DNA of 64,000 nucleotides from Armatimonadota bacterium (GTDB taxonomy: Bacteria > Armatimonadota > Fimbriimonadia > Fimbriimonadales > GBS-DC). Location of the stretch: contig JBBIML010000012.1 of the NCBI GenBank assembly GCA_037444405.1, positions 32,001 to 96,000 on the forward strand, written 5' to 3'. The position numbers and the translations under genes were made by a program. The notes under the pieces are model-generated. The model saw only the letters and a list, made by a program, of their open reading frames with translations, did not search any database and was not told the DNA's origin. Positions 47,463 to 57,331 of the stretch are shown piece after piece. Position 1 is the stretch's first letter; each line of letters opens with the position of its first letter.

Positions 47463-50027
47463 ATGCGTGAAATCTGGCAGCAAGATGGAGGCTTTTCAGG
47501 GAAGAATGGTGGGCGTGTGGCGGCGCTCGGTGCGCTCTGGCTGCTGGGCGTGGCGGGCGCGTTTGCGAGCGAGGCGGTCGAACTGCCGCCGTTTGGCTCC
47601 ACCGAGTACACCATTCTCACGCTGGTGCTGTTGATGGCGTTCGCGGCACTGGCGTTCGGCGGCTACCTGTTCTTCTGGACCCTCAAACAGCCTGCGGGCA
47701 CGCCCCGCATGCAGGAGGTCGCCGCCGCCATCCAGGCAGGCGCGAATGCCTACCTCAAACGCCAGATTCGCACAATGATCTGGTTCGTACTACTGATCAC
47801 TATCGGGCTGTTCGCGCTCTATTATCCCGTGTATCAGCGCATCTATCCCGATGAGGCGTTCCGTCTGGCGTTTGGGATCGCGCTGGCGTTCTTTCTTGGT
47901 GTGTTCGCCTCGTACGGCGCGGGTTTCGTGGGGATGTACATGGCGGTGCGCGGCAATGTGCGCACGGCAGCGAAGGCGCTGACCACCTTCAAGGGCGCGC
48001 TGGAGACCGCCTTTCGCGCGGGCGCGGTGAGCGGGATGTTCACCGTCGGGCTGGGACTGCTCGGCGCGACCATCATCTTCCTGCTCTATCGTGAGAAGGC
48101 GATGTTCGTGCTGATTGGCTTCGGTTTCGGCGGCTCGCTGGCGGCGCTCTTTATGCGTGTGGGCGGCGGTATCTACACCAAAGGCGCCGATGTGGGCGCC
48201 GACCTGGTGGGCAAGGTGGAGGCTGGCATCCCCGAAGACGACCCGCGCAACCCCGCCACGATTGCCGACAATGTGGGCGACAATGTGGGCGACTGCGCGG
48301 GTATGGCTGCCGATGTGTTCGAGTCGTACGAGGTGACGCTCGTCGCCGCGATTATTCTGGGCGTGGCAGCCAGCGTGGTGCTGACCTCTGCGAGCGCGAT
48401 GAAGCTGGTGATGTTCGCGCTGATGGTGCGCGGTGTGGGCATTCTGGCGTCGATCATCGGCGTGCTGGCGGTGCGGGGCGAAGACCGCGCCGACCTGAAC
48501 CCGATGGCGCCCATCAGCCGCGGCTTCTGGGTCTCCGCCGTGCTGGCAGCGCTGGGCAATCTCGGCGTCGCCTACTACTTCATGCAGGATGTGCAGCTCA
48601 AGCCGGAGATGGGCGGCGCTGTGGTGGACTGGTGGCGCTTCTGGCTGGCGACCGCGTTCGGGATTGTGATGGCGACGCTGATTGAGCGCATCACCGAATA
48701 CTTCACAGGCACCGAGAAGAAGCCCGTCAAGGAGATTTCGGCGTCAGCGTCCACGGGACCCGCCACGCTGATTATTCAGGGCTTCGCCTACGGGCTGGAA
48801 TCGAGCGTGTGGGCGGTGCTCGCGATTGTGCTGGCGCTGCTCGCGCCGCTGTTCATCTTTCCGCCCGGCGAGTTCGCGGGTCCAATGCTGTCGTTCTACG
48901 GCATCGCGCTCACAGGGCTGGGACTGCTCGCCACCACCGGCTACATTCTGGCGATGGACACCTTCGGTCCTATCTCCGATAACGCGAACGGCATCTTCGA
49001 GATGTCGGGCGCGCTCAAGGAGCAGGGCAATCGCCCTGCCGCAGGCGGGCTGACGGGCGACCGTATCGTGCATCGGCTCGACTCGGTCGGCAACACCACG
49101 AAAGCCCTGACCAAAGGCTTCGCGATTGCCACCGCGGTGGTGGCGGCGGTCGCGCTGTTCCACTCGTTTGTGGAGGATTCGCGCCTGGTGGAGCTGATCA
49201 ACGCCGCGTCGCAGCAGGCGCCGCATCTGCGCGATTCGATCGGCGGGCTGCCCGTGGATGTGCCGATTGTGTTCATCGGGCTGCTGATTGGCGGCGCGGC
49301 GCCGTTCCTGTTCAGCGCGTTCTCCATTATGGCGGTCGGGCGCTCCTCCTTCGAGATGATCAACGAGGTGCGCCGCCAGTTCCGCGAGCGACCGGGCATC
49401 ATGGCGGGCACCGAGAAGCCCGACTACGGGCGCTGTGTGGAGATAGTCACGCGCGCGGCGCAGAAGGAGCTGCTCGGACCGGGCGTGCTGGCGATTGCCC
49501 TGCCGATTGCGGTCGGTTTCGGCTTGAGCATCGGCGCTACGGCGGTAACGATTAACGGCACGCAATATGTGCTGACGGGCGCGCAGGCGCTGGGCGGCTA
49601 CCTGGCAGGCGCGATTCTGACCGCGCAGCTGCTGGCGGTGCTGCTGGCGAACTCCGGCGGCGCATGGGACAACGCCAAAAAGCGCATCGAGGACGGCTTC
49701 CTGGGCGGCAAGGGCACCGACGCGCACAAGGCGGGCGTGATCGGCGATACCGTCGGCGACCCGTTCAAGGACACCGCCGGTCCCGCGCTCAACCCGCTGA
49801 TCAAGGTGATGAACCTGGTGTCGATCCTGATTGCGCCTGTGGTGATCCAGCCGCTGCCGAACTGGGTTCGCATCGCCGTTACCGTCGTGGCGGTCGCAGC
49901 GCTGCTCTTCTCGATCTACTGGAGCAAGCGCGGCTCGGTCGCCGAGACCCTCGAAACCGAGCTGGGCTACCAGCTGACCGAAGAGAAGCATGCCGTCGCC
50001 GTCGGCGCCACCAAAGACGGCTCGTAA
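47463..50027 (+). CDS. hppA: Membrane-bound pyrophosphatase, predicted K+-independent H+-translocating
   Basis: DVGADLVGKVE, DNVGDNVGD, GGAWDNAKK, GDPFKDT; GNTTKA (Lys) signature of K+-independent enzymes. Confidence 0.93.
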   Translation: MREIWQQDGGFSGKNGGRVAALGALWLLGVAGAFASEAVELPPFGSTEYTILTLVLLMAFAALAFGGYLFFWTLKQPAGTPRMQEVAAAIQAGANAYLKRQIRTMIWFVLLITIGLFALYYPVYQRIYPDEAFRLAFGIALAFFLGVFASYGAGFVGMYMAVRGNVRTAAKALTTFKGALETAFRAGAVSGMFTVGLGLLGATIIFLLYREKAMFVLIGFGFGGSLAALFMRVGGGIYTKGADVGADLVGKVEAGIPEDDPRNPATIADNVGDNVGDCAGMAADVFESYEVTLVAAIILGVAASVVLTSASAMKLVMFALMVRGVGILASIIGVLAVRGEDRADLNPMAPISRGFWVSAVLAALGNLGVAYYFMQDVQLKPEMGGAVVDWWRFWLATAFGIVMATLIERITEYFTGTEKKPVKEISASASTGPATLIIQGFAYGLESSVWAVLAIVLALLAPLFIFPPGEFAGPMLSFYGIALTGLGLLATTGYILAMDTFGPISDNANGIFEMSGALKEQGNRPAAGGLTGDRIVHRLDSVGNTTKALTKGFAIATAVVAAVALFHSFVEDSRLVELINAASQQAPHLRDSIGGLPVDVPIVFIGLLIGGAAPFLFSAFSIMAVGRSSFEMINEVRRQFRERPGIMAGTEKPDYGRCVEIVTRAAQKELLGPGVLAIALPIAVGFGLSIGATAVTINGTQYVLTGAQALGGYLAGAILTAQLLAVLLANSGGAWDNAKKRIEDGFLGGKGTDAHKAGVIGDTVGDPFKDTAGPALNPLIKVMNLVSILIAPVVIQPLPNWVRIAVTVVAVAALLFSIYWSKRGSVAETLETELGYQLTEEKHAVAVGATKDGS

Positions 50028-50038
50028 ACCCGGTGCTA

Positions 50039-50124
50039 CCCTCACCCCCGTGCCCCCTCTCCCACGCTGTGGGAGAGGGGGTTCAAATCCCTCTCCCCCA
50101 AAGGGGGAGAGGGTACGGGTGAGG
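50039..50124. repeat. REP-like composite palindrome (CCCTCTCCC...GGGAGAGGG family)
   Basis: Two hairpins inside a CCTCACCC...GGGTGAGG outer stem; degenerate relatives at about 3356-3407 and 55047-55161. Confidence 0.7.
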
Positions 50125-50183
50125 AGGCTTTCTTCAGACCGAACAAAACCCATCATCAGGCGTCTAAAAGGGGCGAGGAGGAG

Positions 50184-50906
50184 ATGACAATGCGAACCAG
50201 ATGGCTATGGCTTGGAGTGGCTGCGCTGGTGGTGACCAGCCTTGCGCTGGCACAGCAACCTGAACGCCCCCGCCGACAGGGACCGCCCGGTTTCGGCTTC
50301 GGCGGGCGCATGGGCGCGAACCTCTCATGGACCCTGCTCATGCGCGACGATGTGCAGAAGGAGCTGAACCTCTCCGAGCAGCAAAAAACGAAGCTCAACC
50401 AAATGCGGCAGGAGATACAGCAGGCGATGCAGGAGTCGCGCAACCTGCCGCCGGAACAGCGCCGCGAGCAGATGCAACAGCTGCGCCAGAAGTATGACCC
50501 GACCAGCATCCTGACCGACGCCCAGCGCAAGCGCCTGCGCGAACTGGAACTCCAGTGGCAGGGTCCTATTGCGCTGCTCGACCCCGACATCGCCCGTGAG
50601 GTGGGGCTGACCGAGGAGCAGCAGGCGAAGATTCGCGGCATCGTGCAGGAGACCTTCCAGTCCATACGCGGTCAGCCGGGTCAACCCCCTCAGCCCGGTG
50701 AGCGGATTCAGGAGCTGCAGAAGGCACGCGAGCAAGCCGAGAAGAAGATTCTGGAGGTGCTGACTCCTGCCCAGCGCGAGAAGTGGCAGCAGATGACGGG
50801 CAAGCCGTTTGAGTTTCAGGGTGGGCGCGGCTTCTTCGGCGGCGGTCGCGGCGGCTTTGGCGGCGCGCCCGGCGGCGGCGGACGCGCCGGCGGCTTCCGC
50901 GGCTAA
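50184..50906 (+). CDS. Exported Spy/CpxP-like (LTxxQ) protein with Gly-rich tail
   Basis: Signal peptide; LSEQQ, LTDAQ, LTEEQ, LTPAQ motifs. Confidence 0.7.
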   Translation: MTMRTRWLWLGVAALVVTSLALAQQPERPRRQGPPGFGFGGRMGANLSWTLLMRDDVQKELNLSEQQKTKLNQMRQEIQQAMQESRNLPPEQRREQMQQLRQKYDPTSILTDAQRKRLRELELQWQGPIALLDPDIAREVGLTEEQQAKIRGIVQETFQSIRGQPGQPPQPGERIQELQKAREQAEKKILEVLTPAQREKWQQMTGKPFEFQGGRGFFGGGRGGFGGAPGGGGRAGGFRG

Positions 50907-50912
50907 CCCCGC

Positions 50913-52136
50913 TCACCCCGCTTCTTTTCCCAATCTCCCACCCTGCTGAAGGCGTGGGGGATTGTTTTTATGCCATGCGTTAAGGGCTACCTGCCACACC
51001 TGATGGAGGGGGATGTTCTGTTCGCGGGCGAGGCGGGCACAGTCCTCATATTCGGGCGCGACATGCAGCACGCGCTCGCCATCCCGCGCCAGCTTGACCC
51101 GCACCACACCATAGGGCGTCTGCACCTCCCGAATCTCGCGCTGGAGGCAACGGCGATGGAGCAGGGTGTAGCGCACGCCCAGTGTCGGCGTCTCGGTCAG
51201 CAGCAGATTAATGAGCGCGTCGGCGCGCTCCGGCGGCGCAAGCAGCGTGATTAACACACCCGGGCGGTTCTTCTTCATCTGCACAGGCGTGAGGAAGGCA
51301 TCTAACGCGCCCTGCGCCAACGCCTGCTCCAACACATAGCCCATCAGCTGGGGCGTGGCGTCGTCGAGGTTGGTTTCAATCTGCACGATGCTCTGCCAGT
51401 TGCCCTGCGCGTCCTGCAGTCCGTATGCTTCACCAACGAACAGGCGCAGGAGGTTGGGCAGAGGACGCACGGCGGTGCCCGCGCCGTAGCCGACCGCCTC
51501 GTAGCGCATCGGGGGCTGAACCCCGAACGAATCGCTGAGCGCGACGGCGAGCGCCGCGCCCGTCGGCGTCACCGTCTCGCCCTCTATCGGAATGCCGTAG
51601 GTCGGCACGCCGCGCAGCAGCTCTACCACGGCGGGCGCGGGCAGGGGTAGGTGACCATGCTCCGCCTGCACGAATCCGCGCCCTATCGGCAACGGCGAGC
51701 AGACGATTCGCTCAACGCCCAGCTGTTCCAGCCCCCAGCAGCTGCCCACCACATCCAGAATGGCGTCGATCGCGCCCACCTCGTGGAAATGCACGCGGTC
51801 GGGCGTGGTGCGATGCACGGCAGCCTCCGCCTCCGCCAGTTTCTGGAACACCGCCGTCGCGTTCTGGCGCACCCGCTCCGAAAGCGGCGCGCGCTCGATA
51901 ATCGCCAGCACATCGCTCAGATGGCGATGGGGCTGGTTTTCCACGACGCGAATCTGCACGCGCCGCGCGTACACCGCCTCCACCTCCACCTGCTCCGAGC
52001 GCCATTCCCAGCCCGTAAGGTTCAGCGAGCGCAGCGTCTCCACGAGCGCCGCTTCAGGCACGCCCACCTCAATCAGCGCGGCGAGCATCATATCGCCCGC
52101 GATGCCGCCGATACAATCGATGTAGAGTGTCCTCAT
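50913..52136 (-). CDS. larC: Nickel pincer cofactor biosynthesis protein LarC
   Basis: GIAGDM, VHFHEVGAIDAI.D, TPTGAA, ETNLDD, MKKNRPG, PEYEDC. Confidence 0.93.
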   Translation of the reverse strand: MRTLYIDCIGGIAGDMMLAALIEVGVPEAALVETLRSLNLTGWEWRSEQVEVEAVYARRVQIRVVENQPHRHLSDVLAIIERAPLSERVRQNATAVFQKLAEAEAAVHRTTPDRVHFHEVGAIDAILDVVGSCWGLEQLGVERIVCSPLPIGRGFVQAEHGHLPLPAPAVVELLRGVPTYGIPIEGETVTPTGAALAVALSDSFGVQPPMRYEAVGYGAGTAVRPLPNLLRLFVGEAYGLQDAQGNWQSIVQIETNLDDATPQLMGYVLEQALAQGALDAFLTPVQMKKNRPGVLITLLAPPERADALINLLLTETPTLGVRYTLLHRRCLQREIREVQTPYGVVRVKLARDGERVLHVAPEYEDCARLAREQNIPLHQVWQVALNAWHKNNPPRLQQGGRLGKEAG

Positions 52137-52203
52137 AGCGTTGGCAACACCTCCTGCATAACAGGGATAGGGATGCGGGCGACCGCACCCTTACTCTGCG
52201 CTC

Positions 52204-53541
52204 TCATAGCGTTTGCAATACCTCCTGGGCGGCGCGCTGTCCCGATTCGATGGCGCCGTCGATGTAGCCCATCCAGCGTGTGGCGGTCTCCGTGCCTGCC
52301 CAGTGGATGCGTCCGACGGGCGAGCGCAGGGCGTGTCCGAACTGGGTCCATGCGCCGGGCGGGAAGTGAGCGCCGTAGCAGCCGCGCGTCCACACCTCCG
52401 CGCTCCAGTCGTGATCCAGATAGAGTTCAGGGTTCGCCGCCCGCTCGCCAAAGTAGCGGGCGAAGCAGGCTAACGCCGCCTGACGCCGCTCCGCTGAAGG
52501 GACCATGCTCATGCGGCGGGCGTCGGCGCCCTCCATAAAGCCCAGCAGGATGCCGACCGAGCCGTCGGGCGGCGAGTTGTCAAACACCAGATGCACGGGT
52601 CCCGTGTCGCTCGTCACGAAGCCGTTCAGCCCCTGCTCGCGCCAGAAGGGGGTCGGGTACACGGCGAAGCATTTGATGACGGAGCCGTTGGGCAGTCGCT
52701 GGGTGAGCTGGTCGCGCGCGGGCGGCATGGGCGGGTCATACTGGATGCGCCCTGTGAGCGTGGGCGGGATCGCCACAATCGCCGCCTTTGCCCGATACAC
52801 CTGACCGCCCGCATGCACCGCCACGCCCGCCGAATCGTGCTGAATGAGCGTCACAGGTCGGTTCAGCAACACGCGCTCGCCCAGCTCGTCCGCGAGGCGC
52901 TTCGCGAGGCTCTGCGCGCCCAGCACGAACCGATCCTGCTGGGCACCGCCGCGAATGCCACTCAACCGCTCCACGCCGCCGCCTGAACGGATATAGAACA
53001 GCGCGTGCAGAAGCGAGAACTCGCACGGCTCGGCGGCGAACACCGCCTCCGCAAACAGAGAGAGTCCCCACCGCCCGATCGCGGTGCGCGTGAAGCCCTC
53101 GATCCATGTGGCGAAGGTCAGCGAGTCCCACTCGCGGGCGCGCGGCGCTTTCCAGGGCGCGTCCAGCGGCACCTCCTGCGCCATCTGATCCAGCCGCGCG
53201 AGGCTGCGCCCGAAATCGAGCAGCGCCAGCAGCCCGATATTCGGCACCACGCCCTTATAGCGGCGCAGTCGCCCCGCCTGATAGAGGAGGCTATCGCCCT
53301 CGTGATAGGTGGGGAACAGCTCAACGCTCAGCTCGCGCGCCAGGGCGTAGGCGCGCTCCTGTGTCGGACCAAGCCACTGACCGCCTAAATCGATCCAGAG
53401 GTTCGGCGCGATTTCATGGCTGAGCAGTCGCCCGCCCACGCGGTCGCGGGCTTCCAGCACCAGCACCGCCCTGCCCGCCCGAACCAGCTCGCGCGCGGCG
53501 ACCAGCCCCGCCACGCCCGCACCCACCACAATCACATCCAT
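52204..53541 (-). CDS. Flavin monoamine oxidase family protein
   Basis: GAGVAG, LEARDRVGGR, DLGGQW, IHWAGTETA, GYIDGAIESGQRAA. Confidence 0.93.
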   Translation of the reverse strand: MDVIVVGAGVAGLVAARELVRAGRAVLVLEARDRVGGRLLSHEIAPNLWIDLGGQWLGPTQERAYALARELSVELFPTYHEGDSLLYQAGRLRRYKGVVPNIGLLALLDFGRSLARLDQMAQEVPLDAPWKAPRAREWDSLTFATWIEGFTRTAIGRWGLSLFAEAVFAAEPCEFSLLHALFYIRSGGGVERLSGIRGGAQQDRFVLGAQSLAKRLADELGERVLLNRPVTLIQHDSAGVAVHAGGQVYRAKAAIVAIPPTLTGRIQYDPPMPPARDQLTQRLPNGSVIKCFAVYPTPFWREQGLNGFVTSDTGPVHLVFDNSPPDGSVGILLGFMEGADARRMSMVPSAERRQAALACFARYFGERAANPELYLDHDWSAEVWTRGCYGAHFPPGAWTQFGHALRSPVGRIHWAGTETATRWMGYIDGAIESGQRAAQEVLQTL

Positions 53542-53610
53542 TTCCTGTGCCCGTGTGAACGAATCTCAGAACGGTAAGCGGCTTTTGCGCGTTTGCAGCT
53601 GGGCGTCAAA

Positions 53611-53635
53611 GTAGCACGGGCATCCCTGCCCGTGC
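53611..53635 (+). repeat. GTAG-type REP-like palindrome
   Basis: GTAG-CACGGGCA-TCCC-TGCCCGTG; related copy at 55080-55102. Confidence 0.65.
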
Positions 53636-54015
53636 AAACACTGCAGTTGTGCCTCCCATTTGGCGGGCGGTCCCAGCGCGGTCTTGACAGGTCCGATATT
53701 CGCCAGAAACTGCGCCACCTGCGCCTCAAACTCACGGTCGGGTCCTTTGACATAATCGCGCGCCATCGCTTGATTCCTCCACCTGTCCTGTTCGCCGTGC
53801 CTGCCCCCCCTCCTGCTGGAAAAGAAACTCCGTCTCAACGCGGCGGACATCCGTCTCAACGCGCAGGAGGGGGGCATCCGGTGGCAAACACGGGCTGACG
53901 CTTTCCATTTTGAACTCGCTGGCTGTACCCTTGTCAGCGTTGGCATAGGGGCGTTTGGGGCGCGGGCAAGTGCCAGAATTGACCCCGAATTTGCCCCTAT
54001 TGGCTCCTGACCCCT

Positions 54016-54044
54016 TGCCATTGGGCGAAAAATGGGATATAATA
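54016..54044 (+). promoter_or_regulatory. Sigma70-type promoter of the HAF gene
   Basis: TTGCCA-N17-TATAAT. Confidence 0.65.
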
Positions 54045-54095
54045 GTGGTAGCCTCTGCGCTACGGGGCGCGGGGCGGAGCAGAGGAGGTCAAACG

Positions 54096-55046
54096 ATGCG
54101 ACGCGGTATTCCGGAGCGGGCATCCGCGCTTGTGAGCGCGACGGTGGTGTTGGCGTTGACAGCGACCGTGGGTTGGTCGCAGAGTTTGACCTGGCTTGGC
54201 ACGCTCGGTGGATACAGGAGCGCGGCTCGGGGCGTTTCGGCGGACGGCGCGGTGGTCGTGGGCTATACTTACAACGCCAGCTATCAGTGGCGCGCCTTTC
54301 GCTGGACGCCGGCAACGGGAATGCAGGACCTCGGCACGCTCGGTGGATATATGAGCGAGGCTTTTGGCGTTTCGGCGGACGGCGCGGTGGTCGTCGGCGG
54401 GGCAAACACCGACGAGATCTATATCTATCCTCTGCATGCCTTTCGCTGGACGCAGGCAACGGGGATGCAATACCTCGGCACGCTCGGTGGCATTGGTGGG
54501 AGCGAGGCTTATGGCGTTTCGGCGGACGGCGCGGTGGTCGTGGGCCGGGCATCCCGCGATCAGAACCGCGCCTTTCGCTGGACGCCGGCAACGGGAATGC
54601 AAGACCTCGGCACGCTCCCCGGTGGTGGTGCGAGCTGGGCTTATGGCGTTTCGGCGGACGGCGCGGTGGTCGTGGGCTGGAGTGATGGTCGCGCCTTTCG
54701 CTGGACGCTGAATGGCGGAATGGAAGACCTGAACCAGACCTACGCCAGCCTGCTCACGGGCGGCTATCTGATAGAAGCCCGCGCCATCAGCCCCGATGGG
54801 CGGTACATCGTGGGGAATGGCTTCCACGCGGCGACGGGGCGCACCAAGGCGTTCCTGCTGGACACCTGGCACACGGGCGACACCAACGGCGACGGTTGTA
54901 TTAATGACGCCGACCTGCTGAATGTGCTGTCCGCGTTCGGCACGCCCGGCACAGGCTACACCCGCCACGAGGACATCAACAAAGACGGCATCGTGGACGA
55001 CGCGGACTTGCTGACGGTGTTGTTCAACTTTGGGAGCGGGTGTTAG
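54096..55046 (+). CDS. Secreted HAF-repeat protein with dockerin-like tail (fewer repeats)
   Basis: Signal ending GWS-Q; four AFRW repeats plus a final one; DTWHTGDTNGDGCIND...FGSGC; GGAGGT RBS. Confidence 0.85.
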   Translation: MRRGIPERASALVSATVVLALTATVGWSQSLTWLGTLGGYRSAARGVSADGAVVVGYTYNASYQWRAFRWTPATGMQDLGTLGGYMSEAFGVSADGAVVVGGANTDEIYIYPLHAFRWTQATGMQYLGTLGGIGGSEAYGVSADGAVVVGRASRDQNRAFRWTPATGMQDLGTLPGGGASWAYGVSADGAVVVGWSDGRAFRWTLNGGMEDLNQTYASLLTGGYLIEARAISPDGRYIVGNGFHAATGRTKAFLLDTWHTGDTNGDGCINDADLLNVLSAFGTPGTGYTRHEDINKDGIVDDADLLTVLFNFGSGC

Positions 55047-55079
55047 CCCTTACCCGCGTGCCCCCTCTCCCGCGCCTTC

Positions 55080-55102
55080 GTAGCTCGGGCATCCTGCCCG
55101 TG
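55080..55102 (+). repeat. GTAG-type REP-like palindrome, second copy
   Basis: GTAGCTCGGGCATCCTGCCCGTG. Confidence 0.6.
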
Positions 55103-55241
55103 ACAGGTTTTTGTCCTTAACACCCACTGCCCTCCCGCCCCCGCAGGCAGGGGAGAGGGGCTTAGTTTCTCCCTCGCCCCAGTTCCTCCGCATTCGCGCT
55201 GGTGCTCCCAGCCTTATCTAACAGGTATAATCGCTTCTGCC

Positions 55242-56525
55242 ATGAGCGTGATCGATTTCGAGACCTATGTGCGTCGGCAGCGGACTGCCTCTTTGCAGGA
55301 GGTGGACCCCGAAGTGTACGCCCTCATCCAGAAAGAGACGGAGCGGCAGGAGCGCAACCTGGAGCTGATCGCCTCCGAGAACATCACCAGTCGCGCCGTG
55401 CGCGAGGCGGTCGGCTCGGTGATGACCGATAAATATGCCGAGGGCTATCCTGGCAAGCGCTACTACGGCGGCTGCGAGTATTACGACGAGGTGGAACGCC
55501 TCGCGATTGAACGGGCGAAGCAGCTGTTCGGCGCGGAACACGCCAATGTGCAGCCCCATTCGGGCGCGAATGCGAACATGGCGGTCTACTTCGCTGTGCT
55601 TCAGCCGGGCGACACCTATATGGCGCTCGATCTGGCGCAGGGCGGGCATCTGACGCACGGCAGCCCCGTGAACTTTTCGGGCACACTGTATCAGGTGGTG
55701 CATTACGGCGTGCGACGCGACACCGAGACCATCGACTATGACCAGCTGCGCGAGCTGGCACGCCAGCATCGCCCCAAACTCATCGTCGGCGGCGCGACAG
55801 TCTACCCCCGCGAGATCGACTGGGCCGCGATGCGCTCGATCGCTGATGAGGTGGGCGCGTACCTGATGGCGGATATCGCCCATCCTGCTGGCTTGATCGC
55901 CGCGGGCGAGTACCCATCCCCTATCCCCTACGCCGATTTCGTGACCACCACCACGCACAAAACCCTGCGCGGTCCGCGCGGCGGGATGATCCTCTGCCGC
56001 GCCGAATATGCCGCGCTCATCGATAAGACGGTCTTTCCCGGCTTGCAGGGCGGACCGCTGATGCATCAAATCGCGGGCAAGGCGGTCTGCTTCCACGAGG
56101 CGCTCCAGCCGGAGTTCAAAGCCTATCAGCGCCAGGTGAAGGCGAACGCGCGGGCGCTCGCCGCCGCGTTGCAAGCCGAGGGCATCCGACTGGTCGCCGG
56201 CGGCACCGACAGCCACCTGATGCTCATCGACCTCACCCCGCTCGGTCTGACAGGCAAGCAGGCACAGCAGATTCTCGACTCGGTCAACATCACCACGAAC
56301 AAGAACATGATCCCGTACGACACGCAGAAGCCGTTTGTAACGAGCGGCATTCGCATCGGCACACCTGCCGTCACCACGCGCGGCATGCGTGAGCCAGAGA
56401 TGGCGATTATCGCGCAGCTGATTGTCCGTGCCCTGCGCTTTTACGAGAGCGAGCTGGAGCTGGAGCGTGTGCGCCGTGAGGTGCGCGAGCTGACCGCCCG
56501 ATTCCCCGTACATTCTCTCAGTTGA
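55242..56525 (+). CDS. glyA: Serine hydroxymethyltransferase
   Basis: [42 protein letters not shown]. Confidence 0.99.
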   Translation: MSVIDFETYVRRQRTASLQEVDPEVYALIQKETERQERNLELIASENITSRAVREAVGSVMTDKYAEGYPGKRYYGGCEYYDEVERLAIERAKQLFGAEHANVQPHSGANANMAVYFAVLQPGDTYMALDLAQGGHLTHGSPVNFSGTLYQVVHYGVRRDTETIDYDQLRELARQHRPKLIVGGATVYPREIDWAAMRSIADEVGAYLMADIAHPAGLIAAGEYPSPIPYADFVTTTTHKTLRGPRGGMILCRAEYAALIDKTVFPGLQGGPLMHQIAGKAVCFHEALQPEFKAYQRQVKANARALAAALQAEGIRLVAGGTDSHLMLIDLTPLGLTGKQAQQILDSVNITTNKNMIPYDTQKPFVTSGIRIGTPAVTTRGMREPEMAIIAQLIVRALRFYESELELERVRREVRELTARFPVHSLS

Positions 56526-56527
56526 CG

Positions 56528-57307
56528 ATGCGCGTGCTATTTCTGGGCGATATAGTGGGGCGTCCTGGCAGGCGGGGAGTGGCGCAGATACTGCCTGAAT
56601 GGCGCGTGCGCTATGCGCCCGATATTATCATTGCCAATGGCGAGAACGCGGCGGGCGGCATGGGCATCACGCCCGATATCGCAAACGAACTCTTCGCGCT
56701 CGGCATCGAGGTGATGACGCTGGGCAACCATGTGTGGCAGAAGAAGGAGATTTACCCGATGCTCGATTCTGACCCGCGCCTCATTCGCCCGGCGAACTAT
56801 CCGCCGGGCGTGCCCGGGCGCGGCTGGAACCTCTTTCCTGTGCTGGATAAGCAGCTCGCGGTGATGGTACTAACAGGGCGCGTGTTCATGGAGCATGCTG
56901 ACTGCCCCTTTCGCACCTTCGACGCGTTGCGCCCGCAGATCGAGACGCCCTTTTTGCTGATCGACTTCCACGCGGAGGCGACCTCCGAGAAAGCCGCCTT
57001 CGCGCTCTATGTGGACGGTCGTGCCAGCGCGGTCATCGGCACGCACACCCATGTGCAGACCGCCGACGAGCGCATCCTGCCTGGCGGCACGGCGTTCCTC
57101 TCCGATGTCGGCATGTGCGGACCGTTCGACTCCGTGATCGGAATGGACGCCGCGATTGTGATACGGCGGTTCATCACGGGCATGCCTGCCAAATTCGAGG
57201 TGGCGAAGGGCGCGCCGGTCGTCTGCGGCGTGCTGCTCGATTTCGACCGCACCAGCGGTCGCGCCCTCTCCATCCAGCGGCTCCAGCACCGCCTCAGCGA
57301 GGTATAA
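56528..57307 (+). CDS. YmdB-like metallophosphoesterase
   Basis: GDIVG, NGENAAGG.G, TLGNH, DFHAEATSEK, GTHTHVQTAD, DVGM.G. Confidence 0.92.
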   Translation: MRVLFLGDIVGRPGRRGVAQILPEWRVRYAPDIIIANGENAAGGMGITPDIANELFALGIEVMTLGNHVWQKKEIYPMLDSDPRLIRPANYPPGVPGRGWNLFPVLDKQLAVMVLTGRVFMEHADCPFRTFDALRPQIETPFLLIDFHAEATSEKAAFALYVDGRASAVIGTHTHVQTADERILPGGTAFLSDVGMCGPFDSVIGMDAAIVIRRFITGMPAKFEVAKGAPVVCGVLLDFDRTSGRALSIQRLQHRLSEV

Positions 57308-57331
57308 TCCCACGCAGGAGGTAGGCAACCA

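Noticed and set aside
50913..52136. Programmed frameshift in larC (known in some species)
   Set aside because: The gene is one continuous 407-aa frame containing both halves.
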